The notes under the pieces are model-generated. The model saw only the letters and a program-made list of their open reading frames with translations, had not been told where the DNA came from and ran no database searches. A DNA stretch of 64,000 nt from Patescibacteria group bacterium. GTDB taxonomy: Bacteria; Patescibacteriota; Patescibacteriia; Buchananbacterales; SURF-54. The translations under genes and the position numbers were made by a program. Positions 1 through 9,302 of the stretch are shown here, piece after piece (position 1 is the first letter of the stretch; each line of letters begins with the position of its first letter). The stretch spans positions 5,041 to 69,040 of the forward strand of contig JAHIRB010000018.1 of NCBI GenBank assembly GCA_018818885.1, read 5' to 3'.

Positions 1-1
1 T

Positions 2-217
2 TCTAGTGTCAGTAACAAGCTTAATGAAGTAATGAAGGTTTTAACAATTTTTGCTGCAATATTTATTCCTCTAACCTTTATTGCAGGAATTTATGGCATG
101 AATTTTAAATATATGCCTGAGCTTGGATGGAAATTCGGTTACTTGGGATTTTGGGGTATCATTTTTACAGTTGCGATAGGGTTGTTATACTATTTCAAAA
201 AAAAGAAATGGTTGTAA
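2..217 (+). CDS. corA: CorA-family Mg2+/Co2+ transporter, C-terminal fragment (5' end lies upstream of the window)
   Basis: Reading frame is open from the window edge. C-terminal TM helix, YGMNF (GMN signature), a second TM and a KKKKW tail. Confidence 0.75.
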   Translation, partial: SSVSNKLNEVMKVLTIFAAIFIPLTFIAGIYGMNFKYMPELGWKFGYLGFWGIIFTVAIGLLYYFKKKKWL

Positions 218-280
218 TAATATTAGAAAATATAATAATTTTATAAATTATCTTCTTTAAATAATTAATTTTTAAAATTA

Positions 281-664
281 ATGAAAACATTACTTAAAAT
301 TTTAAATGCTTTTTTTGTGGTTTTGGGTGTAATCTTCTTTATTTTGATGATTGCAGCAGTAATTTTTATAATTACTGACCCCTACAACTTAAAACCACTA
401 TTAAAGCAAGTTGATATCCCCAGCGGTATCAAGTCAACACTCAACGATTCCACACCAGTTGATGAGCATCCAATGCTTACTTCAGATCAAGAAAAAACTT
501 TGCAAACATTTGGTATTGATCCAGCTAGTCTTCCCACCACCATTACACCAGAAATGGAAAGCTGTGCGATTGAAAAATTAGGTCAAACTCGGGTAAATGA
601 AATCAAAGCGGGCGCAGAGCCATCATTTACTGATTATCTAAAAGCAAATTCTTGTCTTAATTAG
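281..664 (+). CDS. hypothetical N-terminally membrane-anchored protein
   Basis: 127-aa ORF with an N-terminal hydrophobic helix and a soluble Thr/Pro-rich C-terminal part. No recognisable family. Confidence 0.4.
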   Translation: MKTLLKILNAFFVVLGVIFFILMIAAVIFIITDPYNLKPLLKQVDIPSGIKSTLNDSTPVDEHPMLTSDQEKTLQTFGIDPASLPTTITPEMESCAIEKLGQTRVNEIKAGAEPSFTDYLKANSCLN

Positions 665-702
665 CTTATGGCATTTGGCTTATAGCTTATTGCCTATTAA
701 TC

Positions 703-731
703 TTGACAAAATATGCTATTTATTTTAATAT
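703..731 (+). promoter_or_regulatory. sigma70-like promoter TTGACA-17-TAATAT upstream of ORF 808
   Basis: TTGACA at 703-708 and TAATAT at 726-731, with a 17-nt spacer. Confidence 0.4.
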
Positions 732-807
732 TGAAAATAGGTTTTTAGATAATGAGATTGGTAAGCACAAAAAAACTTCTAATTTAAATTATTAATTATA
801 CAAATTT

Positions 808-1356
808 ATGGCAGTAGAACATCGCTCAGATGAAAATATAGGTGAGGATGTAGAAACAATCCCGACACTTAGTAGACTAGTAGAAGATTTTGTACCACCT
901 GATTGGGAAAGTCCTTTAGCAGGGAGGATCTCAGAATTCAGTACTGATATTAAAGCCATGATAATGGACAAAAGTCGTGAAGAAATAAATAAGTTAAAAG
1001 AAGAAGGAAAATATCCAACAAAAATGGAGGAGATAAAAGTTAAAAAAATTGAAGATAAATATGGTGATATTCTCAGTGAGGTAGATAAAAAATTATTGGA
1101 ACGATTGTCTAAATTAAAAGATAAATACTTCGGTAACGAAAAATCTTTGGGAAGAGGAAAAATTAAGAATAGCGCGAGTGATTCATTTCAAGAAGGTACT
1201 TCAAATGCAAATACTAAGGAAAATTACAAAAAACTTGAAGAAGAAATTGATAATGAGTTAGCAGAAATCGCTAAAGGCATATTACCTGAATCATTTCAAG
1301 AGAATTGGCAAGAAAGAAATACACCAGAACAAGAAGAAGAAAAAATGGCAGCATAA
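808..1356 (+). CDS. hypothetical acidic K/E-rich coiled-coil protein
   Basis: 182-aa ORF with a low-complexity charged sequence. No family recognised. Confidence 0.4.
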   Translation: MAVEHRSDENIGEDVETIPTLSRLVEDFVPPDWESPLAGRISEFSTDIKAMIMDKSREEINKLKEEGKYPTKMEEIKVKKIEDKYGDILSEVDKKLLERLSKLKDKYFGNEKSLGRGKIKNSASDSFQEGTSNANTKENYKKLEEEIDNELAEIAKGILPESFQENWQERNTPEQEEEKMAA

Positions 1357-1437
1357 TATTAATAAATAATTTCTTTACCAACTAGGCCCACTGAACATCT
1401 TCGTATTAGAGTATGTTTTTTGGTATAATAAAAACAT

Positions 1438-1692
1438 ATGAAGATATTAATATTTTTTATATTATTACTATCAATACTATTGAATCCAATTGTATTATTT
1501 GCTGCTGATAATCAGTCTATAAATTATGGTGGAAAGACTTTACAGCTTGGACAAACTTATGCAGATGGCCCCGAAGCTTTTGATCGTCGTTCAGTGTTTC
1601 CTAATATTTTATTTGCTGCAATCGGTGTATTGATTATACTTTTTATCATTATTAATTTAATTAGGTATTTGGAATATAGGAAAATCAGATAA
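1438..1692 (+). CDS. hypothetical small membrane protein
   Basis: 84 aa with N-terminal and C-terminal hydrophobic helices. Preceded by an extended -10 TGgTATAAT. Confidence 0.35.
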   Translation: MKILIFFILLLSILLNPIVLFAADNQSINYGGKTLQLGQTYADGPEAFDRRSVFPNILFAAIGVLIILFIIINLIRYLEYRKIR

Positions 1693-1873
1693 GCAACAAC
1701 GAAAGAGGTTTATAAAAATATGTTTTATCGTGCTCTCAATATTATTGATTTTAGATATTATTATATTATTTGCACTCTAAACATCTGCTGCTCTAGCCCT
1801 TTGAGGAATAGCAATAAATCAAGAAACAAATTATTAAAAGATTAACGCACGCATCTTATTTTGATTTTGATTT

Positions 1874-1903
1874 AACACCTTTGTATTAGAAGGTGTTTTT
1901 ATT
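1874..1903 (+). terminator. intrinsic terminator hairpin (cacctttgtattagaaggtg) plus T-run
   Basis: Inverted repeat CACCTT/AAGGTG followed by TTTTTATTT. Confidence 0.4.
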
Positions 1904-1957
1904 TGTCTGTCGAAATTAGAGTATAATACTCCATTACAGCTATGCTATAATAAAATC

Positions 1958-3295
1958 ATGCAGAAGAGAATTGAACAATTTATCGCAAATCCTAAGAAAG
2001 CTTTATGGAAGCTTTCTTTGCCAATTATTATCGGAATGTTAGTCCAAGTTTTATACAACATTGTGGATACCGCCTTTGTTGGTAGGCTTGGCGCAGAAGC
2101 CATTGCGGCATTAACATTTTCTTGGCCATTATTTTTTGTATTGATTTCATTGAATGGAGGGCTGGGAGCAGGCATGAACTCTCGCCTATCACGTTACTTG
2201 GGCGAAAAAAACATACCCCAAGCGGAAAATACAGCAACCCATGGCATGGTATTGTCTTTAGTCGTAGGTTTTATTATTTTTGTTTTAGGCATGATTTTTT
2301 TAAAACCTTTATTAGTAGTTTTCGGCGCTTCTGATTATGTTTTGAAATATGCTTTGGATTATATGAGAATTATTTTAGTGGCAGGGTTATTTATGTATCC
2401 CTCGTATATTATGTATTATATATTCGCCGCACAGGGAGATACCAAAACTCCGATGAAAGTTCAAATAATTGCTTTGGTTGTTAACATGATTTTAGACCCG
2501 ATATTTATTTATTTTTTAGGCCTTGGAGTTAAAGGTGCTGCTTATGCAACCATGATTTCTTTTTTACTTTCTTTAATAATCTATATATATCTGTTTAAGA
2601 AAAGATCACATATAAAAATTAATATCAAAACTTTTAAGTTTTCGTGGCGTATTACTAAAGAAATCCTTGCTGTAGGGCTACCTGCCACCATCATGATGCT
2701 TTTGATGTCTGTTTATTTTATTTTTATAAATCGTTTGATGGCATCTTTTGATGTTGAAACAGTGGCAGCGTTTGGTATAGTAGCTCGGCTTGATAGTGTT
2801 GCAGTTATGCCGGTGGTTGGCCTTTCGGCTGCACTCATTACTTTAGTTGCAATGTTTTATGGAGCAAAAAGATACGACCTTCTAAGAAGTATCGTTTGGT
2901 ATGCAATTAGGGTGATGATAATTTTTAGTATTATTATAGGCTTTATATTTTTTGTTTTCCCACAATTATTTTTGATGATATTTACCAAAGATAAAAATTT
3001 GATTAATCTTGGTTCCCAATATTTAAGAATACAGTTGTTTACTTATCCTTTTATGGTAATCGCCATGATAATTGGTAGAACTATGCAAGGGCTTGGTTTG
3101 GGTTTGCCTGGTTTGATAATTAATTCATTAAGAATGATTTTGATTGCTGTTCCTTTAGCTTATGTTTTTGTTTTAATATTTAACTTTTCTTATTTGTCTA
3201 TTGCGGTTGCTTCGGTAATCGCGGCAGTCATAGCAGCAATTGTTGCGATAATTTGGATAGAAATTAAATTAAAGAAATTAAAATTACTTATTTGA
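1958..3295 (+). CDS. MATE family multidrug/oligosaccharidyl-lipid efflux transporter
   Basis: 445 aa, 12 predicted TM segments. The N-terminal ALWKLSLPIIIGMLVQVLYNIVDTAFVGRLG is typical of MATE/NorM/DinF. Confidence 0.8.
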   Translation: MQKRIEQFIANPKKALWKLSLPIIIGMLVQVLYNIVDTAFVGRLGAEAIAALTFSWPLFFVLISLNGGLGAGMNSRLSRYLGEKNIPQAENTATHGMVLSLVVGFIIFVLGMIFLKPLLVVFGASDYVLKYALDYMRIILVAGLFMYPSYIMYYIFAAQGDTKTPMKVQIIALVVNMILDPIFIYFLGLGVKGAAYATMISFLLSLIIYIYLFKKRSHIKINIKTFKFSWRITKEILAVGLPATIMMLLMSVYFIFINRLMASFDVETVAAFGIVARLDSVAVMPVVGLSAALITLVAMFYGAKRYDLLRSIVWYAIRVMIIFSIIIGFIFFVFPQLFLMIFTKDKNLINLGSQYLRIQLFTYPFMVIAMIIGRTMQGLGLGLPGLIINSLRMILIAVPLAYVFVLIFNFSYLSIAVASVIAAVIAAIVAIIWIEIKLKKLKLLI

Positions 3296-3350
3296 TTAAA
3301 ATGAAAATTAAATATATACTTGGTATGATCTAATAATTAATTTAAAAAAT

Positions 3351-3596
3351 ATGAATAAAGTAACCGTTTACTCTACCCCAACCTGTCCTTATTGTTTACA
3401 AGCAAAAGCTTATTTTAAAGAAAATAATGTTGAGTTCAAAGACATTGATGTAGCAGCAGATGAAAAAAAAGCAGAAGAAATGATTCATAAATCAGGCCAG
3501 ATGGGTGTCCCTGTTATAATCATAGAAAAAGATGGTAAGGAAGAAGTAGTCGTCGGTTTTGAAAAAGAAAAGATAGCTGGACTTCTTAGCTTATAA
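3351..3596 (+). CDS. glutaredoxin-like protein (CPYC active site)
   Basis: 81 aa with a YSTPTCPYC motif and the GVPVI fold signature of the glutaredoxin/NrdH family. Confidence 0.75.
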   Translation: MNKVTVYSTPTCPYCLQAKAYFKENNVEFKDIDVAADEKKAEEMIHKSGQMGVPVIIIEKDGKEEVVVGFEKEKIAGLLSL

Positions 3597-3714
3597 TCAA
3601 TTTTGTCGATACATACATAAAATAGACCCTGCTTTCGTAGGGCTTATTTTTTTAGGTAATTTTATAAATTTATCGTATAATAAAGATAGGATTAATTAAT
3701 ATATTACAAATAGT

Positions 3715-4152
3715 ATGATTTATATCGGAGCAGATCACGCCGGTTTTAAGCTTAAGGAACAAATTAAAAGATATTTTAAAAGTAAAGATATGAGTTTTGA
3801 AGACCTGGGAAACTTAAAGTACGAAAAAACAGACGACTATCCCGACTACGCTTTTAAGGTAGCAAAAAAAGTGTCACAAACAAACAGCCGAGGCATTTTA
3901 GTTTGTGGCAGTGGCGTGGGAGTTTGTATTGCAGCAAACAAAGTAAAGGGTGTTAGAGCAACTCAACCAGTCAACGTCAGTATGGCAAAACAGTCACGTG
4001 AGCATGATGATACCAATGTATTATGTTTTGGACAAAACTTTATAAAGATTAAAGATGTAAAAAAAATAATTGATGTTTGGTTAAAAACTAAACAAAGTCC
4101 AGCCAAAAGACATAAACGTCGTCTTAACAAAATTAAGAAAATTGAGAAGTAA
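3715..4152 (+). CDS. rpiB: ribose-5-phosphate isomerase B
   Basis: IGADHAGF and LVCGSGVGVCIAANK motifs of RpiB/LacAB. Confidence 0.85.
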   Translation: MIYIGADHAGFKLKEQIKRYFKSKDMSFEDLGNLKYEKTDDYPDYAFKVAKKVSQTNSRGILVCGSGVGVCIAANKVKGVRATQPVNVSMAKQSREHDDTNVLCFGQNFIKIKDVKKIIDVWLKTKQSPAKRHKRRLNKIKKIEK

Positions 4153-4155
4153 TCT

Positions 4156-4788
4156 ATGCCAGAAATAATTCCCGCAATTTTGACTGATGGTTTAGAAGAT
4201 TTTAAGGATAAACTAAAAAAATTAGAAGGGCTTACCAAGTGGGTGCAAATTGACATCATGGATGGCAAGTTTGTCAATAATAAATCAATCAAGCTCGAAG
4301 ATATTGTTAGTATTGATCATAATTTTAAATTAGAAGTACATCTGATGGTAGAAAATCCAGAAAAGTATTTTAAGGTCTGTCAAAAATTAAAATGCAAAAG
4401 AGTTCTTTTTCATTTTGAAGCTGTAAAAGATCCGTTGAAAACAATTGAGGAGATGAACCAATATGATTTTGCCAAAGGTATATCAATTAACCCCCCAACA
4501 CCAGTAGATGATGTGTTGCCTTACGTAGATTTGGTTGATGTAGTTTTGTTTTTAGCAGTTAACCCAGGTTGGCAGGGGCAAAAGTTTGATCCTAATGTTT
4601 TAAAAAAGATAGAAAAGATTAGAGAAACTCATCCCAATAAACAAATATCTATTGATGGTGGAGTGAATATGGATAATATCAAAAGAGTAGTTAGTGCAGG
4701 ATTTAATATAATAAATATTGGTAGCGCAATTTTTCAAAATGATCAAGTTGAGAAAAATATTATATCATTTAAAAGTATTATTAAATAA
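4156..4788 (+). CDS. rpe: ribulose-phosphate 3-epimerase
   Basis: IPAIL and DIMDGKFV motifs. 210 aa, adjacent to rpiB and tkt. Confidence 0.85.
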   Translation: MPEIIPAILTDGLEDFKDKLKKLEGLTKWVQIDIMDGKFVNNKSIKLEDIVSIDHNFKLEVHLMVENPEKYFKVCQKLKCKRVLFHFEAVKDPLKTIEEMNQYDFAKGISINPPTPVDDVLPYVDLVDVVLFLAVNPGWQGQKFDPNVLKKIEKIRETHPNKQISIDGGVNMDNIKRVVSAGFNIINIGSAIFQNDQVEKNIISFKSIIK

Positions 4789-4863
4789 AAAGACTGGGCA
4801 ATTCATAATTAACTTACCCAGTCAGTTGTGCGAAGCCTAGTAGCTAATAGGTATCCATACAAG

Positions 4864-5124
4864 TTAAAGGTGCGATATTAACAACATTAACCAAGCTGTG
4901 AATACGAAGCGGAATGCCCACATACGATATGATTCTGACTGGGCAATTTCAGCTTTAGCATCTTTGCTGAATTTAATGCCAATTAAGTTGTGATCAGAAA
5001 ATCCTAATGATTCGAGGATTTGAAAGTCACGTGCATTATCCGAATATATTTTGGCTGCAAGCATAGCAAGCAATCCAAGAAATGCAAACATGATTGAGAC
5101 TATCAAATTCCATGTCATTGACAT
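4864..5124 (-). CDS. small 2-TM membrane protein of the SD-bearing small-ORF class
   Basis: 86 aa. AGGGAGGTGA SD 9 nt upstream of the ATG. Hairpin ACTGGGCAA/TTACCCAGT plus T-run terminator downstream on the minus strand (4790-4830). Confidence 0.45.
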   Translation of the reverse strand: MSMTWNLIVSIMFAFLGLLAMLAAKIYSDNARDFQILESLGFSDHNLIGIKFSKDAKAEIAQSESYRMWAFRFVFTAWLMLLISHL

Positions 5125-5251
5125 TATTTGTCACCTCCCTGTTTCGTATAAATTTTTAGTTGTTGGATTTTCTTGATTGAGACATTGATATATTACTATA
5201 TGTGTTAAATAATTTCAAGTCATATATTAGTTATTGATATTATATAGATTT

Positions 5252-7264
5252 ATGGATCAAAAACAACTAGATCAACTTTCCATTAACACAATTCGTTTTT
5301 TAGCAGTAGATGCAGTGCAAAAAGCCAATTCAGGACACCCAGGTTTGCCTATGGGAGCAGCACCAATGGCTTATACTCTTTGGACTAAGTTTTTAAGTCA
5401 TAACCCAAATAATCCCGAGTGGCTAAATCGGGATAGGTTTATTTTGTCTGCTGGGCATGGATCAATGCTGTTATATTCTTTACTCCATTTGACTGGGTAT
5501 GACATACCTTTAAGTCAGATTAAACGATTTCGTCAATGGGATTCTAAAACACCTGGTCATCCTGAATACGAAATTAAATCAGGCATTGAAACTACAACCG
5601 GTCCATTAGGCCAAGGTTTTGGTAATGGAATTGGTATGGCAATAGCGCAAAGGTATTTATCAAACCGATATAACAAGCGTGGATTTAAATTATTTGATTA
5701 TTATATTTACAGTATTGTTTCAGACGGTGATTTAATGGAAGGAGTGTCGTCAGAAACAGCTTCTATGGCTGGTAACTTAAAATTAGGCAAGTTGATATAT
5801 TTATATGATGATAACGACATATCAATTGAAGGATCAACGAACATAACTTTCACAGAAGATGTTGCTACTAGATTTAAGGCATTTGAATGGCACGTTCAAA
5901 AAGTCAATGATGGAAACAATATCAAAGCAATTGAGGGTGCAATAGAAAAAGCAAAAAAGGACAACCGGCCATCCATCATTATTATCAAAACAACAATAGG
6001 TTATGGTAGTCCAAATAAAGCTAATACTGCTTCTGCCCATGGTGAAGCTTTGGGAGAAGAAGAGGTAGAATTAACCAAAGAAAATTTAAACTGGCCAAAG
6101 GAACCAGCATTTTACATTCCAAAAGAAGCTTTAGAACATTTCAGAACAGCAGTAGAAAAAGGTCATAAACAAGAAAAAGAATGGAACGAAATGTTGAAAG
6201 AGTATAAAAAGAAGTATCCTACCTTGGCAAAAGCATTAGTTACTTTAAAACCACAAAGGTTACCAGTTGGTTGGGCAAAAAAACTATCAGAATATTCTGC
6301 AAAAAAAGATCCAGTTGCTACTCGTGTAGTTTCAGGGGAAGTTTTGAATATTTTAGCTAAGTTTTTGCCAAATTTAATTGGAGGTTCTGCAGATCTAGAA
6401 CCATCAAACAAAACTTATCTAAAAGGTAAAGGAGATTTCAGCGCTAAGACAGCTAACAGAGAAACTCACAACTTGCATTTTGGAGTGAGAGAGCACGGCA
6501 TGGCTGCAATTTTAAATGGAATCGCATTGTCAAAACTAGTAATCCCCTATGGCGGAACATTTTTGATATTTTCAGATTACATGCGGCCATCAATTAGGCT
6601 GGCAGCTTTGATGGGGCTACGCGTAGTTTATGTATTTACTCACGATTCTATTGGTTTGGGAGAAGACGGGCCAACACATCAACCAATTGAGCAGTTAATG
6701 GCTTTGCGGGCTATCCCTAATATGACTGTTATACGTCCAGCAGATGCTAACGAAACCGTACAAGCGTGGAAAGTAGCAATAGAAAATACAACAGGCCCAA
6801 CAGCTATATGTCTAACACGTCAAAGTTTACCAATCATTGACCAAAAAACCTACTCGTCAGCCAAGAATTTATCAAAAGGTGCATACATACTTAATCCCAA
6901 AGTAAAAAATCCAGATATTATTCTAATAGCAACAGGATCTGAAGTGCAATTAGCTATGGAAGCATCAGAAAAATTATCCCCCAAAGTCAACGCTAGAGTA
7001 GTAAGCATGCCAAGCTGGGAGTTGTTCGAAAAACAACCACAAAGTTATAAAGATAAAGTTTTACCTCCAGAAGTAAAGTCAAGACTAGCAATTGAAGCAG
7101 GAGTTACGCAGGGTTGGTATAAATATGTTGGCGATAAAGGTGATATTATCGGAATAGATAAATTTGGTGCTTCAGCGCCAGGTAAAGTTGTTATGAAAAA
7201 ATACGGGTTTGGTTTAGCAAATGTTGTAAAAAAAGCCAGAGAGATTATTAAAAAGAATAAATAA
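5252..7264 (+). CDS. tkt: transketolase
   Basis: GHPGLPMGAAPMAYTLW thiamine-diphosphate motif and full-length homology. Start chosen at the internal Met (MDQKQL) by alignment to known Tkt N-termini; the ORF track starts at 5234. Confidence 0.9.
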   Translation: MDQKQLDQLSINTIRFLAVDAVQKANSGHPGLPMGAAPMAYTLWTKFLSHNPNNPEWLNRDRFILSAGHGSMLLYSLLHLTGYDIPLSQIKRFRQWDSKTPGHPEYEIKSGIETTTGPLGQGFGNGIGMAIAQRYLSNRYNKRGFKLFDYYIYSIVSDGDLMEGVSSETASMAGNLKLGKLIYLYDDNDISIEGSTNITFTEDVATRFKAFEWHVQKVNDGNNIKAIEGAIEKAKKDNRPSIIIIKTTIGYGSPNKANTASAHGEALGEEEVELTKENLNWPKEPAFYIPKEALEHFRTAVEKGHKQEKEWNEMLKEYKKKYPTLAKALVTLKPQRLPVGWAKKLSEYSAKKDPVATRVVSGEVLNILAKFLPNLIGGSADLEPSNKTYLKGKGDFSAKTANRETHNLHFGVREHGMAAILNGIALSKLVIPYGGTFLIFSDYMRPSIRLAALMGLRVVYVFTHDSIGLGEDGPTHQPIEQLMALRAIPNMTVIRPADANETVQAWKVAIENTTGPTAICLTRQSLPIIDQKTYSSAKNLSKGAYILNPKVKNPDIILIATGSEVQLAMEASEKLSPKVNARVVSMPSWELFEKQPQSYKDKVLPPEVKSRLAIEAGVTQGWYKYVGDKGDIIGIDKFGASAPGKVVMKKYGFGLANVVKKAREIIKKNK

Positions 7265-7271
7265 ATGAAAA

Positions 7272-7296
7272 AGCCCAAGCGCGAGAGCGTTGGGCT
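7272..7296. terminator. bidirectional hairpin AGCCCAAGCGCGAGAGCGTTGGGCT between tkt and the minus-strand small ORF
   Basis: Perfect 7-bp stem with an A-run upstream and a T-run on the minus strand (rc ...GGGCTTTTTCATTT). Confidence 0.45.
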
Positions 7297-7322
7297 GTCT
7301 TGTCGGATAATTAATTGATTGT

Positions 7323-7541
7323 TTATTGAACGTCGGTAATGATTTGATCTACCTTACCTCTGAATTTGGAGTTTTCGTCCGGTTTATAGTATCTCTCTGC
7401 AACATGTTTGACATAAATGCCAAGGTCATGGACGATAAGTTCAGACAAACATTCCCAGTCTGGAATCTCAATTTCTTCGCTGATTCCCTGGAAAACGAAC
7501 TCATCATTGCGAAATATTGATAGCAATAATCTTATCTTCAT
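7323..7541 (-). CDS. small protein of the SD-bearing small-ORF class
   Basis: 72 aa. GGGAGGGTGG SD 4 nt upstream of the ATG (core GGAGG about 8 nt). Its own terminator is at 7272-7296. Preferred over the overlapping plus-strand ORFs 7326-7520 and 7417-7605, which lack translation signals. Confidence 0.45.
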   Translation of the reverse strand: MKIRLLLSIFRNDEFVFQGISEEIEIPDWECLSELIVHDLGIYVKHVAERYYKPDENSKFRGKVDQIITDVQ

Positions 7542-7615
7542 ATTTCCACCCTCCCTGCAGGACTATGTCAAATTATCTACAACAAGACCCAGTATACTAT
7601 CATAGATACTTAAAA

Positions 7616-8473
7616 ATGTCGTATATGAAACCAAACAATTTAGCAACAAAAATATTCTTAGATTCTGGTGATCCTATAGAAACAAAAAAGACATTAGAAA
7701 TATTAGATTTTTTAGATGGCCAAACTACCAATCCATCATTAATCGCTAAAAATCCTCAAACAGCAGGCAAGAAATTTTCAAAAGAAGAAATTTATGAGTT
7801 TTACAAAAAAGTAGTTAAGGAGATTGCTCTAATGATTCAGCAGGGGTCCGTATCCGTAGAAGTGTATGCAGACAAAAATACTAAAGCTGAAAGTATGATT
7901 GTGCAAGGCAAAGAAATGTTTTCTTGGATTCCAAATGCACACATTAAACTGCCAACAAATACAGAAGGGCTCAAAGCTGCTGAAAGTTTGGTTCAAGATG
8001 GTTTGAGAGTAAATATGACCTTAGTATTCAGTCAGGAGCAAGCTGCAGCTGTCCATGCTGCAACAAAAGGTGCAAATAAAGGTGATGTCTTTGTTTCCCC
8101 TTTTGTGGGTAGGCTAGATGATCGTGGAGAGAATGGCATGGATTTAATCAAAAACATTATTGAAATGTATAAAAAAGCAGATAGTCATGTTGAAGTTTTA
8201 GCAGCAAGTGTAAGAAGTCTAGATCATTTTATGTATTCTTTGCAGTTGGGGTCTGATATTATTACTGCTCCGTTGAAGGTTTATCAAGAGTGGAACGAAA
8301 AAGGTATAAAAATTCCAGATGCAAACTATCAATACTTATTTAAAAACTTAATTCCCATGCCCTATCACGAGCTGGACTTAAGCAAGTCTTGGCAGGAATT
8401 TAATATTAACCATGGTTTAACCGATGCAGGCATAGAACACTTTGCCAAAGATTGGAACAATTTAATTAGATAA
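7616..8473 (+). CDS. tal: transaldolase / fructose-6-phosphate aldolase family
   Basis: FLDSGDPIE and TTNPSLIAK motifs. Start set at ATG 7616 (MSYMKPNN), because the longer ORF from 7517 overlaps the minus-strand small gene. Confidence 0.85.
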   Translation: MSYMKPNNLATKIFLDSGDPIETKKTLEILDFLDGQTTNPSLIAKNPQTAGKKFSKEEIYEFYKKVVKEIALMIQQGSVSVEVYADKNTKAESMIVQGKEMFSWIPNAHIKLPTNTEGLKAAESLVQDGLRVNMTLVFSQEQAAAVHAATKGANKGDVFVSPFVGRLDDRGENGMDLIKNIIEMYKKADSHVEVLAASVRSLDHFMYSLQLGSDIITAPLKVYQEWNEKGIKIPDANYQYLFKNLIPMPYHELDLSKSWQEFNINHGLTDAGIEHFAKDWNNLIR

Positions 8474-8560
8474 TACAAATTACGAATGAATACGAATATA
8501 CGAATCACATAATAAAATTAGCATTTGTATATTCGTATCTAATTAGTAATTCGTAATTTT
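8474..8560. repeat. palindromic intergenic repeat, copy A (AATTACGAAT...AATACGAATATACGAAT / ATTTGTATATTCGTAT...ATTCGTAATT)
   Basis: Imperfect inverted repeat of about 85 bp. The same arms recur at 29689-29770 and 42812-42898. Confidence 0.6.
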
Positions 8561-9301
8561 ATGAAAAACATAATCAATAAGATGAAACCAAGAATTAAGC
8601 AGATAGTTTCTAGGAGAGATACAAGTTTTTCCTGGCGGATTTTTAAAATTATGGGAGAGTTTGTGACTGGTTTTGAGTTTTTACAGCAATATGGATTAGC
8701 TGCCACATTTTTTGGCACTGCGCGTTGCAGAAAAGAAACCAAAATATACAAAGAAGCAACAAAACTTGCCAAGGAACTTGCTAAAATGGGTTTTGCTATA
8801 ATCACTGGAGGTGGCCCTGGTATTATGGAGGCTGCTAATAAAGGCGCAGTAGAAGCTAAAGGAGATTCAGTGGGTTTAAATATCCAACTCCCAAATGAAC
8901 AACGTATCAATCCGTATGTCAAAGAATCTAGAGCTTTTCACTATTTTTTTACTAGAAAAGTTATGCTTTCATACGCCTCGGAAGTCTATATATTTTTTCC
9001 TGGCGGTTTTGGTACCCTTGACGAGCTTTATGAAATTTTAACTTTAATCCAGACACGAAAAATATGCAAGATTCCAGTTATTCTCGTGGATAAAGATTTT
9101 TGGCAGCCTTTGGTGGAGTGGATGTACGGCAGGCTTTATAGGCAAGATAAAGCAATTGATAAAGAAGATTTAAATTTGTTTAAGGTTGTTGATAATGCAG
9201 ACGAGGCTTTAAAATTAATTAAAAAAGTAATTAAGAGCAAGAAGCTGGTTGCTTCCGAAACCCCAATTGAATACGTTGCTGGTGAAAAAATTCAAAAATA
9301 A
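8561..9301 (+). CDS. LOG-family (TIGR00730) Rossmann-fold nucleotide-binding protein
   Basis: ITGGGPGIMEAANKGA and PGGFGTLDE motifs of cytokinin riboside 5'-monophosphate phosphoribohydrolase-like proteins. Confidence 0.75.
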   Translation: MKNIINKMKPRIKQIVSRRDTSFSWRIFKIMGEFVTGFEFLQQYGLAATFFGTARCRKETKIYKEATKLAKELAKMGFAIITGGGPGIMEAANKGAVEAKGDSVGLNIQLPNEQRINPYVKESRAFHYFFTRKVMLSYASEVYIFFPGGFGTLDELYEILTLIQTRKICKIPVILVDKDFWQPLVEWMYGRLYRQDKAIDKEDLNLFKVVDNADEALKLIKKVIKSKKLVASETPIEYVAGEKIQK

Positions 9302-9302
9302 A

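Noticed and set aside
1945-2334. Three short ORFs (1945-2175 minus, 2028-2237 minus, 2122-2334 plus) overlapping the MATE transporter gene
   Set aside because: They lie inside a long conserved CDS, with no start signals or terminators. Typical antisense or out-of-frame noise.
3963-4292. Minus-strand ORF overlapping the rpiB 3' end and rpe 5' end
   Set aside because: Overlaps two confidently identified genes on the other strand. Low-complexity translation.
5834-7278. Minus-strand ORFs 5834-6040, 6163-6411 and 7045-7278 inside tkt
   Set aside because: Embedded antisense to transketolase. No SD or promoter.
7326-7605. Plus-strand ORFs 7326-7520 and 7417-7605, and the long 7517 start for transaldolase
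   Set aside because: The minus-strand ORF 7323-7541 has a strong SD and its own terminator. Transaldolase homology begins at the ATG at 7616.
8539-8922. Minus-strand ORF overlapping the palindromic repeat and the LOG gene
   Set aside because: Antisense to a conserved gene and starts inside a hairpin repeat.
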